Position numbers and translations under genes: made by a program. A DNA stretch of 64,000 nucleotides from assembly GCA_016206285.1 (NCBI GenBank), contig JACQRW010000007.1, positions 16,455-80,454 of the forward strand, written 5' to 3'. Under the pieces are notes generated by a model. That model was not told the origin of the DNA. It ran no database searches and worked only from the letters and a program-made list of their open reading frames with translations. Shown here piece by piece: positions 36,427 to 45,518 of the stretch. How positions within the stretch are numbered: position 1 is the stretch's first letter; each line of letters begins with the position of its first letter. The DNA comes from Candidatus Sungiibacteriota bacterium (lineage in GTDB: Bacteria; Patescibacteriota; Minisyncoccia; Sungbacterales; HO2-52-23).

Positions 36427-37584
36427 TTATCGCGGACGTTCCATAAAACCCAAGATTGCCCGTGCACGATTTTCCCATGTGTACTGCTGCACTTTGACAA
36501 ATGCAGCCGGGACAAGCGCCTCGGCGATTTCCGGATGCTCCATTGCCTTTTGTATGCCCGCGGCAAGTTCCAGCGGATCATCCGGCACCACAAGAATCGC
36601 GCTTGCATCATCCACAATCTCGGTGATTGAAGGGATGCGGGATGCTACAATCGGCCGCTTGCTCGCCATATATTCAAACAGCTTCATCGGCGAGGTATAG
36701 TATTTTGAAATATCCTCTTTTGCGGTATTAGGCAGCACCAGGACATCGCCAGCTTTTTGCCATAGCGGCATTTCCTGATGAGAACGATAACCCTCGATCC
36801 GTATCTTTGGGTTGCTGCCGTACGCTTGACGAAAACGCATAATATCGTCTCCCGAACCTCCTATAAATACCACCAGAAAGCCGTCCGGAAGGTAATTGGC
36901 GGCCTCGGCCAGCGTATCCACACCCTTCCAGACAAACAAACTTCCCGTATAGATAACCATATATCGCTTATGCTCCAGATGCAAGAGGCGCCGCGCTTCT
37001 TCCTTGGTTGCCGTAATGTCAAAAAGCCCTATGTCCACGGCATTAGGCTGGTACAAAACCTTAGGCGCACTTTCGGGAAAGAGCTCCTGAAATTTCTTTG
37101 CTTTCCATTTGTTGTGGATCAAAATCCAGCGCATACTGCGGCAAAAGCGGGCAAAGAGAAACAGCTTGCTTTCCGGAAAGTCATGCATCTCATAAAACGT
37201 ATTGCAAAAAGAAAAAGAACACAGCCATAGCGGCAAGATCTCATTCGAGTAGACGATATCCGTTTTTACCGCACATCGCAGAAGATATCGCCAAGAGCTT
37301 AGCGCAAAAGATAAAGAGATCAGAAAAAAATTAACCGCATCAGGGATCCCCCATCGATAGCCATCCATTATAGGAAGGAAGATAACGGAAAAGTTTTTAC
37401 GGATGCCGTAATGCGTAAACGGATCCGCTACCAGACGTCCGATACGCCGAGGCACCAACAGCGTCACGTCCACTCCCTCTGCCGCAAACACTTCGCAGCT
37501 TTTCGCGGCAAAAAGCGCCGCCGCCTTCTCGCTCGGAAATCTGCCCCCATACATGACAAACATGCGCCGTCTTTGTTTTTGCAT
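36427..37584 (-). CDS. Glycosyltransferase family 4
   Basis: SPMKLFEYMASKRPIVAS EX7E motif. Confidence 0.75.
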   Translation of the reverse strand: MQKQRRRMFVMYGGRFPSEKAAALFAAKSCEVFAAEGVDVTLLVPRRIGRLVADPFTHYGIRKNFSVIFLPIMDGYRWGIPDAVNFFLISLSFALSSWRYLLRCAVKTDIVYSNEILPLWLCSFSFCNTFYEMHDFPESKLFLFARFCRSMRWILIHNKWKAKKFQELFPESAPKVLYQPNAVDIGLFDITATKEEARRLLHLEHKRYMVIYTGSLFVWKGVDTLAEAANYLPDGFLVVFIGGSGDDIMRFRQAYGSNPKIRIEGYRSHQEMPLWQKAGDVLVLPNTAKEDISKYYTSPMKLFEYMASKRPIVASRIPSITEIVDDASAILVVPDDPLELAAGIQKAMEHPEIAEALVPAAFVKVQQYTWENRARAILGFMERPR

Positions 37585-37606
37585 AATCTATCGTTTTACG
37601 ATGTCC

Positions 37607-38662
37607 TTATATTTTTAGTTCCATTATGCACATGATTTTCTCGATCAACCCTTCGACGCGATGATGTTCAACCACAATAGCACGCATTGAGTGCCTAAGA
37701 TCGTCACGAGCAAGAATATCCATGTGCATGAGCACCATGAGCTTTTTTGCAAGCTCAACAGAGTTCTTTTTTTCAAACATGAGCAGGTCGCAATGTTTTC
37801 CAAGTACGTCCATATACGCCTCGTTGCACGTCAACACAGGGAGTCCGGTTGCCATGGCCTCGAGCCCGGCTTTGTCGAGACTGCCGGTAAGTCCGGTGTT
37901 CACGAAAATATCGGCACTTTGAAGATACACCAAAATATCTTTATGCGGCACTCCGCCAATAAACCGGATATGCGGTCCCATTTTTTTTTCTTTAACCGCA
38001 CGATACAGTTCCTCGGCATAGGACTCCTGCCCCCCACGACCCGCACTGCCGATAATATCCGCCTCAAACCGCTCGCCAGCCTCCGCAAGCAATACAAGCG
38101 CTTGTATCAGCGTCTGCTGATCTTTTGCCGGGGAAAGTCTGCCAATCATGATAATCTTTGGCACTACATTTTCTTGCCGCACGATAGGAGCAAAGTGATC
38201 CGTATCAATCCCCTGGCCGACAATACGCACCTTCTTACTTGGCAGTCTGAAGCCGCTTGCTGTCGAGGTAAATATGACATCAGCCATTTTCTCCCCGGCG
38301 CGCAAAGACATACTTATTGCCCCATGCGCATACCAAAGTGATATTTTTTTCCGAAGCAGCCGCCACTCCAACCATCCCAATATGACATAAATCTGATTCA
38401 TATGCACAAACACCGCATCATATGCATTTCGCTCGCGCCAGATTAAATACCAGAAACGCAGCGCGTATCGTAAGCGGGATGACCCGCGCTCTTTTCCCAG
38501 AGAAAAAACTTTCACGTTCTGCGGCAAATGATGCGTTCCTTCTTCAAGACAAATCACCGCCAGCGCCTCGCACCGTTTGGCGAATTCCTCGATCCACCGG
38601 TGCATAAATCCAAGCACCTGGTCCCGCTCGTCAACTTTTTGCGTGATAATCAGTAATTTCAT
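37607..38662 (-). CDS. Glycosyltransferase family 4
   Basis: GLEAMATGLPVL and overall GT-B layout. Confidence 0.75.
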   Translation of the reverse strand: MKLLIITQKVDERDQVLGFMHRWIEEFAKRCEALAVICLEEGTHHLPQNVKVFSLGKERGSSRLRYALRFWYLIWRERNAYDAVFVHMNQIYVILGWLEWRLLRKKISLWYAHGAISMSLRAGEKMADVIFTSTASGFRLPSKKVRIVGQGIDTDHFAPIVRQENVVPKIIMIGRLSPAKDQQTLIQALVLLAEAGERFEADIIGSAGRGGQESYAEELYRAVKEKKMGPHIRFIGGVPHKDILVYLQSADIFVNTGLTGSLDKAGLEAMATGLPVLTCNEAYMDVLGKHCDLLMFEKKNSVELAKKLMVLMHMDILARDDLRHSMRAIVVEHHRVEGLIEKIMCIMELKI

Positions 38663-38681
38663 AACAGATAAGACTGCTATC

Positions 38682-39863
38682 CTACTCCTTCCTCTTGCGT
38701 GTCTGTATATAGACTATTTCGTCTTTACTAATTTGAAACGCACTAGAGCTATCTCCATCTTTCCCAACGACGAAGACAAATTGACTAGATTCTCCAATCA
38801 AGAATAAATGCCGCTCCTTAGAAAGAGGAAGTTCTTGCTTCATTTTAACCTCGACTTCTCTAGGCTCACCACCACCAATAGAGAAAGGGATCCTTGGAAA
38901 AATGATTTGCCCAAACAAAATAAGAGCGCCGATAATTGGAATAAAGATGTGCTGAAATGTTAGTTGCAAGCTGTTAAGTGAGTTCACACTGCCGAAACTT
39001 TTGAATATATCCAACGATAATCCATCTTTAGGAAGATAGAAGTTCAGAAAAAAGTAAGTGGTGAGAATAGTGACATAGAACCATGCGAAAACTAAATTAG
39101 GAGTTAATGTTTGATGACTATTAAAAGAATTAAAATCAAATAGGCTGACTTTAAGTTTCAGATAGGAGTAATAAGCGATACTTGCTAAGACGCAGAGAAT
39201 GAGAGTCTCTATAGAACACCTTAAGAGATATAACGGGGTTAAGAGCTTTTTTTCCGCTTTGGGATTTTCTTGAATCTCTTCTTTTTTTACTTCATCGGCA
39301 CTAAGGGGTTCTTTTTTTCTTCTTGGAACATTGTCTTGGATAATAAAAATGAGGACTAAAACCAGAAATGCGATGAGGGAGTACGAAAATGCGTATATGG
39401 CAAATTTAATAATAAAATTAGAACCACCGCCTAGTTTCAAGTTAAATCCATCGATAAAATAACCAATAAAATCATAATTTCCAAACCATGGTTTAAAAGT
39501 AAGACTCTCTTCCTTTGCTGGAGAGATGTACTTTCCTAGATCAAAGAATAAAGAGAGGGCATAGCTAGCACCCCATATTAGTGACCAAAACGTAAAGTAA
39601 GATTGAAAGCGATCAGACCAGCCCTCTACATCATAAATTTTTTTCAGAGAAACATCCTTGTATAACCGCCACACGATTAATAGGACAAGAGTAATTGCAA
39701 GAAAAGAGAAAAAGCCAGCAATAATAAATCGGGAATTAACTACATCGAAACTTACAATGCCAAAACGGGCAAAATATGAAGTTAGCGAGATAAAGCCAAA
39801 AAGATAAAGTACAACTCCGCAGGCAACAAATAATTTTGATATCTCTTTCACTTTCTCAAACAT
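38682..39863 (-). CDS. Polytopic integral membrane protein, low GC (candidate Wzy-like polymerase/ligase or other glycan-processing membrane protein)
   Basis: 393 aa with about 10 hydrophobic segments; markedly AT-rich relative to neighbours. Confidence 0.5.
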   Translation of the reverse strand: MFEKVKEISKLFVACGVVLYLFGFISLTSYFARFGIVSFDVVNSRFIIAGFFSFLAITLVLLIVWRLYKDVSLKKIYDVEGWSDRFQSYFTFWSLIWGASYALSLFFDLGKYISPAKEESLTFKPWFGNYDFIGYFIDGFNLKLGGGSNFIIKFAIYAFSYSLIAFLVLVLIFIIQDNVPRRKKEPLSADEVKKEEIQENPKAEKKLLTPLYLLRCSIETLILCVLASIAYYSYLKLKVSLFDFNSFNSHQTLTPNLVFAWFYVTILTTYFFLNFYLPKDGLSLDIFKSFGSVNSLNSLQLTFQHIFIPIIGALILFGQIIFPRIPFSIGGGEPREVEVKMKQELPLSKERHLFLIGESSQFVFVVGKDGDSSSAFQISKDEIVYIQTRKRKE

Positions 39864-39888
39864 ATAGATAATTTAAAAAGATTACCAA

Positions 39889-41016
39889 CTATACTGTACA
39901 TATCTCAAAACTCTTCCGGTACAATTCAAGATATTCGGCTTCGCTGTGGGGTTTTATTTCGGCAACCGTACGGCGGGCAGCATCTACAAATGCGCGCCGC
40001 TTTTCCGGATGGCGATAGAGATCAAGGACCGCATCCAGAAACGCCGGAGCGTCTCCAACCGGCACTACTCGGCCATTCACGCCGTCTTTGACCACCTCTC
40101 CGGCCAACCCTACATCCGTCATCACCAGCGACACTCCGGCCGCCATTGCTTCTATCGCAACCAATCCCCACCCTTCGTAGTTTGACGAAACCAACACAAT
40201 ATCGAAACATTTATAAAACGATGCAAGATCGTTGCGCCACGGTTCAATGAGAACATTTTTCTCCAATTGATAATTGATAATTGATAATTGATAATTTTTC
40301 CTGTCCGGTCCATCGCCGACCAGCACGAGTACCGTGCGAGGTTCTTGCTTCACCAACTCAGCCATCATCTCGATCAACATGCTGAAATTCTTTTCCTTGT
40401 CTACAAAACGCCCGACTGCGATCATACGAAAGGCATATTCTTTGAGACGGGACAGATCCTCAGCCTTGGGAGATGAATAAGAGAACGACGCAAGATCTGT
40501 ATATATCGGCAATACGGAAATTTTCGATTTCGGGATACGCAACCCGGCAAGCAATGAACGCTTGATGCGCTCGCTCACTACGCGTACGCAATCAGCCCGC
40601 GGGAGCAGAAATCGAGCCAGTAGAACACGAAAATATTCCTTCAGGGATGCCCGCCGGTACAGCGGATTCAAGACATCGGTATGCACTTGCAGCTGCAGTT
40701 TAATGCCAAAACGCCGGGAAATATGAAAAGCAATCAATCCGACTTCGTCAGGCCCTTGTGTGCTAACCACGTCAAAATGAACGGAGCGAGCAAGCGAACG
40801 CGCAATCGTACGCATGCGCCAGCGGCCCATAAATGGATTTTTAGCCGATGCCGGATACAGAAAAAGTTTCCCGCTTTGCTGATTTTCAGACTCGGGCCCT
40901 GCCAATACTACGACATGCAACTCATCAAAAAGCTCCGCATAGCGCTCTATGCGTTTTCGCGCGTTGCTTCCGGCAACGCAGATATTCGGGTCTTCTGAAA
41001 GCATTAAAATCTTCAT
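39889..41016 (-). CDS. Glycosyltransferase family 4 (contains an internal 7-nt x4 tandem repeat)
   Basis: GLVAIEAMAAGVSLV GT4 C-terminal motif. AATTGAT x4 at 40264..40296 encodes NYQLSIINYQL. Confidence 0.75.
   Translation of the reverse strand: MKILMLSEDPNICVAGSNARKRIERYAELFDELHVVVLAGPESENQQSGKLFLYPASAKNPFMGRWRMRTIARSLARSVHFDVVSTQGPDEVGLIAFHISRRFGIKLQLQVHTDVLNPLYRRASLKEYFRVLLARFLLPRADCVRVVSERIKRSLLAGLRIPKSKISVLPIYTDLASFSYSSPKAEDLSRLKEYAFRMIAVGRFVDKEKNFSMLIEMMAELVKQEPRTVLVLVGDGPDRKNYQLSIINYQLEKNVLIEPWRNDLASFYKCFDIVLVSSNYEGWGLVAIEAMAAGVSLVMTDVGLAGEVVKDGVNGRVVPVGDAPAFLDAVLDLYRHPEKRRAFVDAARRTVAEIKPHSEAEYLELYRKSFEICTV
40264..40296. repeat. Tandem heptanucleotide repeat (AATTGAT)x4 plus partial, inside a GT4 coding sequence
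   Basis: Direct reading of the sequence: aattgataattgataattgataattgataatt. Confidence 0.8.
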
Positions 41017-43250
41017 ATGTTTTTAAGCAGTGTTGAAATCTCGTTCAGCATTCGCGCAGTGGAAAATGATTCAGCTTTTTTCCGTGCACGCTCAGACAAC
41101 CTACCGGCGAAATGATGATCATTCAGAATTCGCATAACCGCAGCCTGCATTTGGCCAATATCGTTCCAATCGAAAAATAATCCAGTTTCTCCGTCCTGAA
41201 TGAGTTCAATATTTCCTCCGGCCCTGGTTGTGCAGATCGGAATACCGACTGCCATTGCCTCAAGCAGCGTGTGGGAAAACCCCTCGTAGGCAGTATTGAG
41301 TATAAAAATATCTCCCGCAACAAACGCCGCAAGCACATCCTCATGGGATAGATTGCCGGCAAGCGAAACAATTGCCTCTGTATGATACTCGTGAATCTTT
41401 TGAGCGAGAGATTCGCGCTCCGGACCACTGCCGATAATCACAATATGAATATCGGGAATATCCTTTTGTAGTTCTCTACCAAGCTCGATAAGGGCGTTAA
41501 AGCCCTTCCATGGCACAAGCCGGCCCACAGAAACGAGAACAGTCCCTACAAGACCAAGCTTTTTTCGCGCCTCATCTTTGGAAAGCGTACGCGCCGGAAG
41601 ATCAAACGCGTTATAAATCACCGTAATCCGTTCCGGTTCAATGCCCCATTGTGTTATAACATCCCGCAAATATTCGCTGGGTACCACAATCGCATCAGCA
41701 CGATTGGCGCTCCACTTTTGCAATCGGCGAAACAACTCCACTTTCCATCCGTATTTTTTCTTCAAAAATTGATCCAGCCGGTCAGATATGCCGAACCGCT
41801 GGCTGCCCTGCTCCCATGCGTAATCACCCACGATTTTAAGCACGAATTTCTTGCGAAGCAGTATTGCAGCCACGGCCACAGGAATCCCGACCGAAACCGG
41901 ATCTTGGGCAAAAATAACATCAGCATGAATGCTCTTTAAAAATACTTTCCAGAAATATGCGACATGACGGACCAGCTTCGGCATATGCCGCACGGTACGA
42001 AACGGCAACACCGTCACCGCAAGCCCGGCTTTTGGCAATTCCTCCTGCAGCAGCTTACTGTACGTCGCCGGCCCGCCGATTTCAGGCGGGAAAATTCCAG
42101 TGGCAATCAGAATATGCCTGCGAGCCGCCAACACCCGACCAAAGACCTCTTCATACTGTTTGGCAATCGAATCCCAAAGGAAGCGCTCTCGTACCATCTT
42201 ATTTCCGTTCTCAATAATTGATGTGCGTAACTGCGGATCATGCAGCAGGAGCATTATCTTTTCCGCGGCATCTTGCGAATCGTCCACATGCGCAAATAAT
42301 CCAGTTTTCCCATCGGCAATAATATCCGTGATCCCGCCCACCGGAGTACCGATGATAGGGAGACCCGCGGCAAGCGCCTCTACAAAAGAAACCCCCATGC
42401 CTTCGGACCGGGACAAACGCACAAAAATATCAGCCCGGGCAAGATGCGATGGCACGTCCGCAAAAGGAATGCTGCCTAAAAATTTGACCTCGTTTTCAAC
42501 TCCGAAATCCCGTGCAAGACGCTCAAGCGCCATCCTATCCGGCCCGTCTCCAAGAATATGGCACTGGATGAGTTTGACAGTCTTTTTTAACAGAGCAATT
42601 GCGTGAATAAGCGTATCAACGCCGTTTTTTTCCACTAAGCGCGAGGTAGTGATGATAACAGGCGCAGTGATTGAAGTCTCACTTCGATCAAATTTCGGGG
42701 TAAATTTTTCAATGGTGACACCGTTATGGATGGTATCAATCACGCCTTCATAGCCATAGGCACGGGCGACATTTCCCAGATATGAAGAAATAACAGTGAC
42801 TCCGTCCGCGTGATTTAGCATCTGCCGAAGTGCCGCGCCGATCATGCCAAGTCTGCCCGACGCAAGCCGGCTATCGCCGTACCCGTATTGGATATTAAGA
42901 ACAAACGGGCATCGGGGCAGCAGTATTTTACAAAACAAAGCGGCAACGGAACCTTGTGAAATATCTACTCCCAATAATACGGCCTTCTCTCCTTTGCCGA
43001 TATTCCGCCAAGCAACAATACAACCCAAAAATGGCAGGAGCCACTTATCCAGTCCGGAGCCAAAGCCCACCCTGATCACATTTCCTTCGGCACGAGCCTC
43101 GCGCTTTGGGAGAGCGCGGGAAAACCTGGCCGTCACAATAGAAACATCAAATGTATCCTGAAGTCTTAAGCTTATTTCCTTGATTGCCGTCTCAACCCCT
43201 CCGACAAAGGGATAATATGCGGTCGTGAAAATAATAAGTTTTCTTTTCAT
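41013..43250 (-). CDS. Bidomain glycosyltransferase (two GT4/GT-B modules fused, 745 aa)
   Basis: Two separate GT4 C-terminal motif regions (RSEGMGVSFVEALAAGLPII and YEGFSHTLLEAMAVGIPI). Confidence 0.75.
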   Translation of the reverse strand: MKRKLIIFTTAYYPFVGGVETAIKEISLRLQDTFDVSIVTARFSRALPKREARAEGNVIRVGFGSGLDKWLLPFLGCIVAWRNIGKGEKAVLLGVDISQGSVAALFCKILLPRCPFVLNIQYGYGDSRLASGRLGMIGAALRQMLNHADGVTVISSYLGNVARAYGYEGVIDTIHNGVTIEKFTPKFDRSETSITAPVIITTSRLVEKNGVDTLIHAIALLKKTVKLIQCHILGDGPDRMALERLARDFGVENEVKFLGSIPFADVPSHLARADIFVRLSRSEGMGVSFVEALAAGLPIIGTPVGGITDIIADGKTGLFAHVDDSQDAAEKIMLLLHDPQLRTSIIENGNKMVRERFLWDSIAKQYEEVFGRVLAARRHILIATGIFPPEIGGPATYSKLLQEELPKAGLAVTVLPFRTVRHMPKLVRHVAYFWKVFLKSIHADVIFAQDPVSVGIPVAVAAILLRKKFVLKIVGDYAWEQGSQRFGISDRLDQFLKKKYGWKVELFRRLQKWSANRADAIVVPSEYLRDVITQWGIEPERITVIYNAFDLPARTLSKDEARKKLGLVGTVLVSVGRLVPWKGFNALIELGRELQKDIPDIHIVIIGSGPERESLAQKIHEYHTEAIVSLAGNLSHEDVLAAFVAGDIFILNTAYEGFSHTLLEAMAVGIPICTTRAGGNIELIQDGETGLFFDWNDIGQMQAAVMRILNDHHFAGRLSERARKKAESFSTARMLNEISTLLKNI

Positions 43251-44659
43251 GAGATGAGAAAATGCTTCACGAAGAAAAACCCGATTGCGCCAAGCGCGCT
43301 TAGTCCGATTGCTCCGGCAAACATCATCCGGGATGAAACGGAAAACCCTGCCGCAATTGCCGCGGGATTGTGAGACTCATTGTGTATATTCTGTGAAGCG
43401 GCGCTTTCATCAGGCGCAAAATCCATGGGATGCGATGCTTCTTGAGACTGCGGTACGGCGCTTTTCGGTGAGGAAGCGCCCGCCGTAAGATTTGCCGCTG
43501 ACGCGTTTTGAATCTTTGCCGGCTGGGAGGATGTTGCTATGGATCCGGCAGGACTGTTTGGAGTCTCCGGCTCAATATACGAAAGGGCGATCGTGCCATT
43601 CGGATACTGAATCGTAAGCGAATTCCGCACTCCGGCCATAAGAAGTCCGGTCACCGCATTGGAGAGCGACAGATCTCCCCCGGCCGCAATTTTGGTCTTT
43701 GGGGGAATAAAAAACTCCTTATGTGACCCGTCTTCGATGATCCAATCGCCAATATCTACTTCTGTTTTAAGCGGATTAACAAGCTGTATATATCCCTCTC
43801 CTCCGGATACAACGCGGCCAACACGCATTTGGTTCTCAAGCACCCGGACTGTCGCATAGTCAGAAGACGAGTATTCACCCGAAGAAACATGCAGTCCCAC
43901 AATATACGTGCCGGGAATGCGAAAAATATGCTCGATAACTTTCCCCTCCTGCGTCTCACCATCGCCGAAATTCCACCAGAAACGCGCAGGAGCCAGGGGC
44001 TCTTTTTTAAGCCCCAGCGCAATGCCCCTGAACTCAACCAGCGAACCTGCGGTTGACGTCTGATCCGAGCCTGCATCAACGCTGATCTGTGCGTTGGAAG
44101 AAATTGCCGGAGCAGATGCAGAAGGCGGTGGCGCAGCTCCGACGCTTCCGGTCGGAGCCCCGACCCCCTGCCCCGACGGTACCGTCGGGGTGAAGGGCGT
44201 CGGGGGAGTAAGAACACTGCTCGACCCGTCATTGGATACGGTAATCGCCTGACTGGTTGTCCATGATGTTCCCGATTCCTTGCCGCGTGCTTTTACCGTA
44301 AGCATATAAAGCCCCGGAGTGGAATCTCTGTAATAGAACGAGCGGTTTGCAGTTCCTTTGCTCATCACCCACGCACTCACGGGACTTGAACTTGCGTTCA
44401 CAAACTCTCCAGTTGAAGACGTCGAAGAAAATTCCAGATAAATAGTCTCTATGCTTTTGATTTCCTTGTCGTTCACATCCTGTGCCTGAATGGTCAGAGC
44501 GCCTGAACGTTTTGCCGGCTGTACGGTTTGCGGCTCTGTGGTAAATATGAAATGCGTAATTTCAGAAGCGGCAAAGACGCTTCCGGCAAAAGATACTATA
44601 TACACAAAAAGGAAAACAGCCAGAAGCTGTTTTCCTAAATTGCGCGCTCCTATTCCCAT
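43247..44659 (-). CDS. Surface-anchored protein with PKD-like domain, N-terminal signal/TM and C-terminal TM anchor
   Basis: WWNFGDGETQEG...GTYIVGLHV (PKD signature), hydrophobic N- and C-termini, Ser/Thr/Pro-rich linkers. Confidence 0.6.
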   Translation of the reverse strand: MGIGARNLGKQLLAVFLFVYIVSFAGSVFAASEITHFIFTTEPQTVQPAKRSGALTIQAQDVNDKEIKSIETIYLEFSSTSSTGEFVNASSSPVSAWVMSKGTANRSFYYRDSTPGLYMLTVKARGKESGTSWTTSQAITVSNDGSSSVLTPPTPFTPTVPSGQGVGAPTGSVGAAPPPSASAPAISSNAQISVDAGSDQTSTAGSLVEFRGIALGLKKEPLAPARFWWNFGDGETQEGKVIEHIFRIPGTYIVGLHVSSGEYSSSDYATVRVLENQMRVGRVVSGGEGYIQLVNPLKTEVDIGDWIIEDGSHKEFFIPPKTKIAAGGDLSLSNAVTGLLMAGVRNSLTIQYPNGTIALSYIEPETPNSPAGSIATSSQPAKIQNASAANLTAGASSPKSAVPQSQEASHPMDFAPDESAASQNIHNESHNPAAIAAGFSVSSRMMFAGAIGLSALGAIGFFFVKHFLIS

Positions 44660-44675
44660 ATCGAAGACCCGGAGA

Positions 44676-45428
44676 TTATTTCGCCTCGCGCTCATGCAGA
44701 CGCACAAGCGCTTTTTGCAAATTGGCATCATCAGGATTTGCCGCAATCCCCTGTTTCAAAACCTGCTCTGCCTGTGCCGCCTTTTCTTTGTAGAAAAAGA
44801 TATACAGATCGGAGAGTCCAAGATATCCCATGACATTTTTTGGTTCGGCCTTGATGGCGCCCTGATAGTTTTTTTCGGCCTTAGGATAGTCTTTCAGATA
44901 ATTCGTATACAGATCGCCCAAGTTCAGAAATGCGGTTGCTTCGCGCGGACGCGCGATGGTCACATAAATCCAGATATCCCGTGCGCCTTCATAGTCTTCA
45001 ATGGTTTTTTTAAGAATGGCTGTCTGAAGCCATGCCGCTATATATTCAGGACTTTCTTTGGCCATCTTGGCATACTTTCGGATATTTGCCGAGATATCAT
45101 CCCTATGCGCGACGCTCATGGATTGGAGTGCGGCCTGTCCGAATCTCACTTCGTCAAGAGGCCGACCGCGATATGCGACAACGGATTGGGTATGAGGGGT
45201 TCCGGAAGCGCCAGGAACACCCTGATCTGGCATATTACCGGACGAAGAAGTGGCAGTCTGGTCGCTGGAAATTTTTGATTGATCTGTTGATGGTGTTGAG
45301 GTTGATTCTATACCCTTATTTTCTTCCTGAACTTTCAAGGCGGAAGGAAAAATACTTGCGCGAAAGATAAACCCCGCGCCAACCAGCAACGCAATGACAA
45401 TTCCAATAATAATTTCTTTATATTGCAT
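44676..45428 (-). CDS. TPR-repeat protein with N-terminal TM helix
   Basis: N-terminal IIIGIVIALLVGAGFIF; TPR-like repeats (AEKNYQGAIKAEPKNVMGYLGLSDLYIFF...). Confidence 0.65.
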   Translation of the reverse strand: MQYKEIIIGIVIALLVGAGFIFRASIFPSALKVQEENKGIESTSTPSTDQSKISSDQTATSSSGNMPDQGVPGASGTPHTQSVVAYRGRPLDEVRFGQAALQSMSVAHRDDISANIRKYAKMAKESPEYIAAWLQTAILKKTIEDYEGARDIWIYVTIARPREATAFLNLGDLYTNYLKDYPKAEKNYQGAIKAEPKNVMGYLGLSDLYIFFYKEKAAQAEQVLKQGIAANPDDANLQKALVRLHEREAK

Positions 45429-45518
45429 ACAATCATGCTACCATAGCCGGCCAACAATGGTCAAACAAAAATCCCCCCGAAGGGGGATTTTGCACTCACA
45501 CACAAGGATTGTGAGATT

